A stretch of DNA of 50,212 nt, the filler included, from Sphacelaria rigidula (lineage: Eukaryota), in NCBI GenBank assembly GCA_964200075.2. It is 3 parts of 3 records of this genome, joined end to end, with 100 filler letters (N's around TTAATTAATTAA, not from the genome) between each part and the next. Parts side by side here need not be neighbours in the genome. Positions count along the whole stretch, not along the records: positions 1 to 16,673 come from CAXNAA020001279.1; positions 16,774 to 33,443 come from CAXNAA020001280.1; 1 more part is not named here. One strand, 5' to 3'. Shown here in pieces: positions 13,394 to 22,553 of this stretch (its first letter is position 1; each line of letters begins with the position of its first letter). The translations under genes and the position numbers were made by a program. The notes under the pieces were generated by a model, which had not been told where the DNA came from, made no database searches, and saw only the letters and a program-made list of their open reading frames with translations.

Positions 13394-14486
13394 CAGTCTG
13401 GTGAACACTTGTCACGAAATATTTTCCTCGGCAAAACTCCACGCCGTTTATTGAAGTTACTCTGAAAATCTGCACACATGTACTGCGGGCCACGATGAAA
13501 ATTCTGATGAACGTGTTTTTATTGTTTCGTTTCACCAGTTTGCGGGGGTCCCAGGCATGTGCTCCCTGGGACCCCCGGGAACCGGTGAAATTATCTAAGA
13601 AGTAGAAAAACCTTGTCCATGAAAAAAATTGGTAATGACCCATAGTACATGTGTACAATGTTTCAGAGTCTAACTTCAAAATTCTTCGTGAATTTTCACG
13701 CCTCTATGCGATGAATGTTCCCATGCTCTGTGCAAACTCCCAAATACTTGATATTAGTATAGAAATGTCTTTTTCGGTTATCTTCAAGGTTAGGACGAGA
13801 AAAACTGCATCAGGTTGTCAACTTACGGCTTTGTACATATGTTTTTTTGACTACCCCGAAACGCGAATTTTTGTTTGTTTAGTTTGAGGCATTCTATACC
13901 GACTTCCGGGGGTATTCACGCTGGGACACCCGGAAGTCGGTAAAGGGCGGAAAAACTTGAAATTTTTTCAACAAAACATTTTTCTGATATCAGCACCAAT
14001 ACTTACCGAACTGCCGAATGTGAGGGCGGTCGGAGGTTTGACGGGTATAAGGAGAGCCGTCAGGGGGCTTTCTGGATATTTCGTGCCGATCACCAGTAGT
14101 GGAAATCCGACTGCGCCAAAAACCCCAATTCACCGAAATACTACGGTGTTGGGTATAATTCGGTGCCATCGCAACTGTTTTCGGTTCTGTCTTCTTCGTT
14201 AGATTCCCGAGCTGATGGCGGTTACTAAAATGGAAGCATGTAGAATTTGGGCTGAAACTGGGTCGGGAATTTGTATCATCAATTTCGTAACTGTTTAAAT
14301 GCGCTGATTGGTCGAGGTACCTTTCGCCCTTAGAACCACCGCTATGACCTTGAACGCAACTCCACTTGTCAACCTCTCCAGTTGCCCATGGTGGCCAGTA
14401 TGATACTGTGTGTACGACTATTGGGTAGGTAGTGCGGAAGGCATTTAATGCTGACACAATTTTGGCGATGAGCGTGAACCAGCCTG
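13394..14486. mobile_element. Non-autonomous TA-flanked TIR DNA element (Tc1/mariner-like)
   Basis: TA|CAGTCTGGTGAACAC... on the left and ...GTGAACCAGCCTG|TA on the right (imperfect TIR). Its last ~200 bp align with the right end of the 35129-37993 element, and the left ends are also similar. No transposase ORF. Confidence 0.7.
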
Positions 14487-14755
14487 TATCGTCTTTTTAT
14501 TTCGACCACACTTGCGATTTTGAATTGCTTGTCTTGGTTCCCTCGCCCCCTCCCCGTCGTCCCCCAGATGTGGAGTCCACTGAACATCGCGAAGGTCGAT
14601 GTGCGTGCCTCAGAGAACGAAATAGGAACGAACGGAGCAACGCATCGTCTAACCTGTCACAAAACGCTGCCACAGGGGGAAACAGTCTCTTCACCAAAAC
14701 CGACACTCGTGGAAAATACGGCTGATAATTCCAGGGAAATTTAGCTGGACAGGTA

Positions 14756-15120
14756 ACCGGTCGCCCCGGTGGCTCAGTTGGTAACCTCGAAACATTTTGA
14801 CGGTTGGGTCGTGGGTTTGAATCTCGGTGCAGTCACACGATCTGGGATTTTTCTCACACCATGCCCAGCAGTGGAGAGCGAATACGTCGTGGGTACACAG
14901 AATTCGACTTCACGGTCGACGAGGGAAAGGGACTGCTGAGCCCTTCTCGCGATAAAAAATAAGGCAAGCGCCGCAGCAGGAAGGTGGAGTGCTGAAACAA
15001 AATAATATATACAACTCCTGTGTCGGCCTTCCTCTTGTTTGACCACGGCTGATGCGCACATACACCGAAAGGTGCAGACTGGCGTCCAGAACAGATGGGG
15101 TGGCAACACAACAACACACA
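14756..15120 (+). mobile_element. tRNA-derived SINE, copy 1
   Basis: The head has an A-box (TGGCTCAGTTGG) and a B-box-like GGTTTGAATCTC, followed by a ~290 bp body and an (AC/AAC)-rich tail. It is colinear with 21946-22306. Confidence 0.8.
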
Positions 15121-15856
15121 GGGACTAGGCTTCGAACGATGGGGTGTCATGGTGAAGAAGACAAGGGAGGATGAACGACACAGCAAGAGGAAGGGAGAGA
15201 GAACCTCAAAGAACCTCGATCATTGGCCCGCCTCTGACGAGTTTAATTAGAGTGCTGCCACGATATCCGAAGCTCCATAGCCGACTGTACGTCGGTAAAA
15301 AGAGAGCGATACCTGACCGTTCGAAGATCCATGTCATCAGCTTTCGTGCACTCATCCAGGCTGGTACTTGCCAAAGATACCGAACAGTACCTCTGGAGCA
15401 ATCGACACCAACAGCGGTGCAACACAACGTAAAGGGCAGGTTTCGTGCGCCGGTACAACCGCCCCGGGGAGCCCCGCACATTGAGGAATGCTACGGCAGG
15501 GGTGCACTTTTTGCGCAAAATCTTGTCTCGTTCAGGGGCTCCTGACGATTCTCGATTCATAAGAGTATGAGTCAGGGCATTCCCGTTTGCAAACTCATTG
15601 GGATATCCGAACACATTGGATGAGTTATCCTGGCGTACTCTCACACATTTCATAAGTTGTGTTTTGGATGAGATAAAGGGCTCCTAACAGTTCTAACCTC
15701 GGAAAATACTTATGCACCCCTACCGTAGCATCATTCCACTCTGATCGGTCAGTCAGGCGCTTTCAGCATTTCACATTATGTCGGCATACCCGAAGCAATC
15801 TGCTGGTGGCGGCAGTTACGAGAAATTTTTAGTTTCTCCTTCATCTGATCAACCAT

Positions 15857-16093
15857 CTTTCTACGATAGCCCCCCGCCAAAACGTGGCTGATTTGGGGAG
15901 GTAAAGTTTACACGTAAGTCGAAATGAGAGAAGCTGAGCACAACGAGCAGCCGGAAATTTCCACGCGTGGGTTCGTTTCCGCCAATATCGCCCATATCAG
16001 GCGCTTCATGCCGCCTGAAACCAAAGAACAGGCGATGTATGACCATTTTCTTCGTGACAGTTTTTTTTGGGGGGGGGGGGCTATCGCAGAAAG
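15857..16093. mobile_element. MITE, CTTTCTACGATAGC-TIR family, copy 1
   Basis: TIR CTTTCTACGATAGCCCCCC ... GGGGGGCTATCGCAGAAAG. The interior aligns with 19916-20085 and 35661-35902. Confidence 0.8.
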
Positions 16094-16444
16094 ACCCGCT
16101 GTCGCACTTCAATCGATCCCTCAGGGATCCAGCTGTGGACACATGATAGACGTACCCGAGACAAGACAAAACTGAAACGCTCGCTGAAAAAAAAAGTAAC
16201 AAAATCGAAAATATTTTGGGCACAAAAAATAACGTAAAACTGAGGTCTCAGTGGAGTATTGTCCCGAAATACGGTGCATGCACTGCTGATACCAGGGCGA
16301 GCAAGATTATGTGCCTGTTTCGACACCCCAAACGATCCCGCTCGACTTACAATACCCTTAGAAAGATTGGGATAAACATCCCCAATTTATGGGATTTCCA
16401 TACCGTTGGGAATGCCCATATGTGGAAAAAAATGCCGCTCGAGG

Positions 16445-16637
16445 CTCGAACGGTAGGGCCTGAAAGCGGGGATATTTCGGGCCATTTCTTTGACGAAATT
16501 CCACCTCAAATCGTCGTTGAAATGTTCATTCGAACGCGCTTGTTACCAATAGTGTACAATCATTCATATCCAGATTCAAACGCGAAGCGAGTAATAAGGT
16601 TGTCTGACACCCGGGACCCCCCGTTGTTCGTGGAATC

Positions 16638-16673
<36 letters not shown>
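16445..16673. repeat. Partial copy of the 48963-49219 MITE family, running into poly-C at the gap
   Basis: Shares AATCGTCGTTGAA...CTTGTTACCAATA...CATTCATA...TCGTGGAATCAA with 48963-49219. Confidence 0.6.
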
Positions 16674-16773
16674 NNNNNNNNNNNNNNNNNNNNNNNNNNN
16701 NNNNNNNNNNNNNNNNNTTAATTAATTAANNNNNNNNNNNNNNNNNNNNNNNNNNNNNNNNNNNNNNNNNNNN
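16674..16773. other. Assembly gap (100 bp) with artificial TTAATTAATTAA linker
   Basis: N run, TTAATTAATTAA at 16718-16729 (stops in all six frames), N run. Identical in structure to the gap at 33444-33543. Confidence 0.95.
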
Positions 16774-16840
16774 CCAACAATGAGTTGCTTTATTCTGTGG
16801 TATCGTCACTTCCAGAGACAGCCACAGTTTTTACACTGCC

Positions 16841-17083
16841 TCATGGATATGGGGGGGGGGGGGGGGGTATTTTGAAAATTCAAGTTCCACTTCAATTCGT
16901 CGTTGAAAGCGGCAACGGTTGTTCAAACGTGCTTGTTACCGATAATTAACGCTCATTCATACTGCTTGACACAGCTTTTACTCTAATACAAGCGAACCGT
17001 GATTGTGTCAATTAGTCTAACACACGTATAGCCCATATTTCTCGTGGAATCATACGCCCTTCCCCCGTATAGTACCATTACTC
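16841..17083. mobile_element. Degenerate copy of the 48963-49219 MITE family
   Basis: Colinear with 48963-49219 (TCGTCGTTGAAAGCGGCAAC...CATTCATACTGCTTGACAC...CTCGTGGAATCA), with a poly-G left end and a CATTACTC right end. Confidence 0.7.
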
Positions 17084-17276
17084 CGAACTAGAAATGACGT
17101 AGGGGCCTCGGAACGACAGGCTCCAGGCTCCGACCGGCGTAGAGTGTATTCAGGGAGCGAGGCTGGTCTGTTGCAAGAGTGCCAAACAGCAGATGGTGTC
17201 ACTTGAGACCAGACGACCCCGACAGTGACACGCCAGCAATCTCAGTCTAGATCTGTAGTCCTTCGCACTTGATCGA

Positions 17277-19350
17277 ATGCGCCATGGCCGAAGCATTATC
17301 GTCGACAGCAACAGTGTAGCTCTTACGGATCAAGAACAACGGCAGTCGAGAGATACATCAGAAGCACGAGCAGCAGCGGCAGCAGCAATACCGAAAAGTG
17401 GGGAGAGCCAGGTCGAGCCGCGGGCCCATCAGACGGAAGCGCGACCAGTAGCGGTCCCCATACCAGTCAACCTAGCGGCCTGCAGGGCAACTCTGGTCAG
17501 TCTAACAATGACGCGTGAGTGCCTCCGCCGCCTCAGCCGGGGCCTCCGCCCAGTCAAATGTAACCGGCAGCCATATAATGGTACATGACATGTAGGGGCA
17601 GGCGTGGTCCAACAACACCATGCACCACCTCGCGCATCAACAACAGCAGAATGCCCAGATTCAGCAGTAGCACCAGAGCCGAAAGTTATCATTTCCACAG
17701 CATCAGCTACCAATTCTGCACTTTTGACAGTGATGGCCACAAGAAGAGGCCGTCCACCAACCGGCGGGCGCCGGGCAATAACAGCAGCTGGTAGGCGAAA
17801 GTGCAGGCGGGCTACCCCCGTCCACTCCCGGTGGCCCACCACCGTCACCCATCAGAAGACCGGGGCCGTTGCAACCCGTCGCGTCGCTGTCGCTTGCACA
17901 ACACCAACAACAACGGTAGCAGCAGCATCAGCAGCTGCAGCCGCGTCAGCACCATGCACAGCAACACTACCCACAGCAACATCAACAGTACGGCGGTCAA
18001 CCATGGAATGCACAGGCCGGTGGCGGGGAACGTCAGCATCAGCGACATCAGCAATGCCATGAAGCTCAGATGCACTCTCAGGCCCACGGATTCCTCCAGA
18101 TTCTCAACGGTGGAAGTGGGGAGAGAGCCCAGCACTTCATCCAAGCCAATTTGACCGGCTAACCCCGTCCCCGCCATGAAGAAAAAGAGGGCCGAATGCA
18201 AGTGAAGCGAGATATCAGCATCTGGAAAACGGAGGGGAACAACACAATTTTTCACATCCTGAGGTGCAGCATGTCCGTTCCTATTCTCGTGCCATCTAAC
18301 AATACAAAGTTGAAACGAGGCATGCTGCAGATCCCAACCTCGACATGCTCTCCAGCCTCCAGGCGTTAGTCGACGTCGACACCGCCAACTTCCACTCGCC
18401 AGTGCCCCGTGGCATCAAGAAGCCGTACTTCCGCACCGAGGCCAACGTCACCACCGTCGTCAAGACTTTAACCATCCTCATCGATTTCGGAATCACCAAC
18501 GACGACAGCGGTCAGAATAGGCGGGCCTTCGTCATGGGCGAGTTGACAAGAACGGCGTCGGCACTTGATAAATACATGGTCCGGAGCTACGCACAAATTC
18601 AAACGGACGGGGCGGCGGTCCGAACAAGCACCATCACTGATTTTGACGTCGATATCAACGGATGGCTGACGTACTGCAGGGATGCCGAACTGAATCTCCT
18701 CATGGACGCGCCTACCGCCCCACCGTCCGATGGGCAGGGACCCGCAATGTCAGCGTCGACTTTCAACCGGGTGAAGACGCTCACCACCGAAGGCTATCTC
18801 TACAGCCTCGTCGGACGGGAGATCCCCGGTCTCCCCGTGGTAAGCTTATCCACGCAGCCCGCTTCCAGGACAGTCGCAAAGCAAAAGGGGCTACCCGGCG
18901 GAGGCGCGACCAGCGCGACAAAGCGGGCCGCCCCACGTCGTGCCCGTCCCGGAGGTGCATCTAGTAACACCTCACACCGATTTCAACTTGGAAATTTCGA
19001 CGTGGAACCTGCCGGAGGGCGTTGGCATCCGGACGTGGCAAGGCCTGAGAGGTCCACGGGTGCGCGGCTGTCGCTTCTCAGATCACACCAGCGAACACGA
19101 GGCCGTGGGAGGACCACATCTTCGGCCGCCGGTGGTGTATAAGACAACAGCAGCAGTCCCAGGGGTCGCGGCTGCAGAAATGCCAGCATCGATACTAGCC
19201 GCGGCGGCACCGGCGGCTGCACCAGGCGCACTTGCGCGGCTTTCGCACAACTACAGAGGGAATGGCGGATTCGGGCGGGGGAGCACCTGCGAGCGTGGGC
19301 TCCGCTAGTCGGCGGGGGGCACCGGTTTCGGGGGAAGAGTAGCATCGGTC
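17277..19350 (+). pseudogene. Frameshifted gag-like ORF1 of a DIRS/Ngaro-like retroelement
   Basis: GC-rich broken reading frames with a 265 aa core (18345-19142), Ala/Gly/Arg-rich flanks and a possible C..H finger remnant (GCRFSDH). It lies upstream of the RT relic on the same strand. The gag call is positional inference. Confidence 0.45.
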
Positions 19351-19915
19351 GCGGACTCGGCGAGGTCGGTGGGCATCACCCAGGCTCCCAAACCGAGGTC
19401 AGTGGCGGCAAGCTTCTTTCACGGTGAGAGCAGAAGTACCGACACACGTAGCACTATCAAGGTACGACATAGCGGTAGATTGGGTAGTCTCATATCGTAT
19501 CTTTCACGCCCGACAAAAGAGCCGTGAGCAATCCTGACAATAAGTATCCTCAAAGGCGACGGTCTGAATGGTAGAGCTCAGACACAAAAATGAGTCGATG
19601 AAGAAATACCCACCCCGTCCAAAAGCATGAAACCGAATAAATGCGCGAACAACAGCAGTGCAGATAACAGCAGCGCGAATGCTCACGGTAGGCAGCCGAC
19701 CCCAAGGTTCAACAGACCGCACGAGAGAGCGCAGGTACGCCGCCGACAAGACGTATTAACCTGCTTGCCGAAGGTTAACACTTCGAATAGTGGTACAGGC
19801 AGACACCACACCCAGAACACTTTGCACATCCCCAAAGACAGGAGACGCGCAAAAGAACATCCGGCGCTCGCTAGTTAGAAACAGGTAAGCCTGAACATCA
19901 GGAGAAGTAAAGACA

Positions 19916-20085
19916 CTTTCTACGATAGCCCCCCCCCAAAACAAAACGTGCATGGTTTTGGGAGGCAAAATCTTCACGTAAATCNNNNNNNNNNCATGCA
20001 GCCTGAACCCGCACATCAGGCGCTGTATGGCCATTTGTTTCGTGACACGTTTAGCTGGTTTTTGGTGGGGGGCTATCGTAGAAAG
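19916..20085. mobile_element. MITE, CTTTCTACGATAGC-TIR family, copy 2 (contains a 10-N gap)
   Basis: Perfect TIR CTTTCTACGATAGCCCCCC / GGGGGGCTATCGTAGAAAG, inserted in the retroelement relic. Confidence 0.8.
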
Positions 20086-20179
20086 CGTTAAAAAGGAGAA
20101 CAGAGCTCGTGCTCCTCGTGAAATGAAATGCATACCTAGTGCAGAGGAGACCAGTAACATAAGTGGGGAAATATAATAT

Positions 20180-20500
20180 AGAGGTGCCGAAGAAATCCCG
20201 TTGTCTAGCAGTTCCATGGCGGTAGCCCTGGACAGCGGCACGTCCATGCTGACGAGCGCAAAGCACATAAATCGAGAACCAATAACATGAGAGAAACAAA
20301 CAAATATTGAAGTGCAGATGAAGACCCGCTGTCTGGCAGCACTGTAGCGGTAACCCTGAATAACGATATGTATCCATGTTGACGAGCGCATAGCTTGCAC
20401 GAGTTCAGAACATCACCAGTTGCGTAGAGGAAGACCCATTGCCCGGCAGCCACGCACAGGTAAGCCCGGACAGCGGTACGTCCGTGTTAACGAGAAAAAA
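20180..20500 (+). repeat. Degenerate tandem repeat, about 3 units of 110-130 bp, inside the retroelement
   Basis: A motif like GAAGACCCGyTGyCyGGCAGC...GGTArCCCyGrAyArCGry...GTCCATGyTGACGAG recurs near 20190, 20320 and 20430. Confidence 0.6.
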
Positions 20501-20799
20501 GCCAGCACGTCATGAAAGACAACATGGGTGGTGGGTGCGCAATTAGCGGGCAATATCTCGAGACGGTGAGAGCCTGACCTCCAGATGAGAAAACACGTCA
20601 CGAAAGCCCGACCATAGCCACAGACCAGCCGAGGCAAAAATCCCCAATACCTTGTGGAAACAGGAACAAGAACTGCCGAGTACATGCATAGAGCTCCCAC
20701 AAAAGAAACGCATAATCACGGACCTGACAATCCCATGCACGAACCTCGCTCGATTGAATCACGGAAAACATTGATGATGTAGCAACGACGCTCGACGGC

Positions 20800-21520
20800 A
20801 CTGTGGTGTCACCGCCGGTGAATCTGATAGACATTCACGGCTGTTTCGGAAGCCGAACACGCATCCTTCGGATCCGAGAACTCCTACACATGATTGAGTT
20901 CGGAGTCCCAGCGGACACATTGTCCCGCAGCTCCGATATATGAGGACAACGACAATACGGCGATCGCCACGTCATCAATGAACACACGCCTCTGGTTTGG
21001 GAGAAGTTGGTGGGGGACGTAAGAAGGAACATATGCCTGGTATATAATGAAGAAAAAGCGACGCTCGAAATCAGCAGCCTCAGAGTGCGCCCATTCGGGG
21101 CAGTAGTAACCGCAGCAAGGTCAGGATGATCAACGATTTTTCGGTCGGCCGCCTCGTTTCTAAGGGAGGGGAGGGGGCGTCAACCGTGACGCGATTGCGG
21201 ACGACGTACCGCGATGCCTGTGCGAAGAAGCCTTCCCAAACCTCTTGAGCGAGTCAGTGAAGTTACGCGTCAAGTTTCCGTATAGAGGAGTCTCCTGTCA
21301 AGGACTCATGTCTCGAGTGCACTCAGAGATGACAGTATAGCGCCTGACCCGGCGCAGAACTGCTGCTACGCGGTAGAGGACGTTATAGTAGCAGACGTTT
21401 GGCTAATGTTTGGTTGGACGAGATCCCCAGGCTACTAGGTCACATATCACCAGCCTCTAAGCACACGCACAGCAATACCACAATGCACGACGCTATAATC
21501 CTCAGAGACGGTAAGGATAT
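20800..21520 (+). pseudogene. Decayed reverse transcriptase of DIRS/Ngaro (tyrosine-recombinase retrotransposon) type
   Basis: Translation across stops and frameshifts gives ..EHTPLVWEKLVGDVRRNICLVY..LRVRPFGAVV/KVRMINDFS..VN..KLRVKFP/LLSRTHVSSALR..IAPDPAQNCCYAVEDVIVADVWLMFGWTRSPGY. This fits RT motifs K.R.I.D.S, (K.D)V..A(F)R and L.FGW..SP. It is cut off at 21521 by a TIR element before the YxDD motif. Confidence 0.75.
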
Positions 21521-21685
21521 TGTAATGCGTGAGAGGACCGCGGGCTTAGAGGACGGCATCGCAGTTCAAAACACCTCAGGATCGACGTTTTTCAAAACCA
21601 ATCGGGCCAGTCCCTGCAGGGACCACGGCGCTGACCCCACTGTAGCCCCAACACTAGCCCTAACTCTAACCCTGACCCCGACCCG
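21521..21685 (+). mobile_element. TGTAATGCGTGAGAGGACCGC-terminus element (Ginger-like MITE), partial, with CCCTAA-like repeats
   Basis: Same terminus and body as 27489-27675 (opposite orientation). Ends in CCCTAACTCTAACCCTGACCCC. Confidence 0.7.
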
Positions 21686-21945
21686 AAGCATACGAGAACC
21701 CTCTGGCAAGGGGGTGCTAAGGTTGCCCTAGGCAAATTGTACGTTGGCAGACCTCAAATCGGCGCCTGCGGCGCTGAGTTGGATAAATCCACCTTCTGGG
21801 CAAGTCAGGAGGACTCAGCCTCTCCCAAGATTCGAACATCAGTGTCTACTCTGAAATCAAGCAGTCATCCTGTCAACCGTAGATTTTCCACCAAAGCTTA
21901 AGCTCCACTGTTTCAAAAAAGGGGACAACTCCCTTCGATAAGAAA

Positions 21946-22306
21946 GCCGGTCGCCCCAGTGGCTCAGATGGTAACCTCGAAATCTTCTGACGGCTGGGTC
22001 GTGGGTGCAAATTTCGGAGCGATCTGGAATTTTTCCTCACACAATGCCCAAAGGTGGAGAGCGACTATATCGTGGGTACACAAAATTCGACTTAATGGTC
22101 GACGAGGGAAAGGGGCTGCTGAACCCTTCTCGCGATAAAATAGAGAGGCAAGCACCGTAGAAGGAAGGTGACGAACTAAAAACAAGCAAAGAAGAAAAAA
22201 CCTCCTGTGTTGGCCCTTCTCTGTGTGACCGCGGCTGGTGCGCCCACATATACCGGAAGGTGTATGTAGATCGGCGTCCAGAATAGATGGGACGACAACA
22301 CACACA
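21946..22306 (+). mobile_element. tRNA-derived SINE, copy 2
   Basis: GCCGGTCGCCCCAGTGGCTCAGATGGTAACCTCGAAA head. The body is colinear with 14756-15120 and has an AC-rich tail. Confidence 0.8.
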
Positions 22307-22377
22307 AGAACCCGCCTGAACCGGCGGTTGTAGTATCTGCGCACTCTAGAACCAAATAGCATTTTTGCCAAAACCTA

Positions 22378-22553
22378 ACGCATCGGAATTTAAACACCCC
22401 CATGGTGAGGGTTAGGGTTAGGGTTAGTGTTGGGGCTAGGGCCAGCGGCGTGGTCCCTGCAGGGACTGGCCCGGTTGGTTTCGAAAAACGTCGATCCAGA
22501 GGTTTTGAACTACGATGCGGTCCTCTAAGCGCGCGATCCTCTCACGCATTACA
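22378..22553 (-). mobile_element. Ginger-like MITE copy with (TTAGGG)n
   Basis: Ends ...CCTCTCACGCATTACA and contains AGGGTTAGGGTTAGGGTTAG at 22408-22427. Colinear with 27489-27675. Confidence 0.7.

Noticed and set aside
14756..14840. tRNA gene (also at 21946)
   Set aside because: A/B boxes are present but there is no convincing cloverleaf, and similarity between copies continues ~290 bp downstream, so it is a SINE head.
22408..22427. True telomere or chromosome fusion site
   Set aside because: Only about 3 units, embedded at a fixed position in a dispersed MITE.
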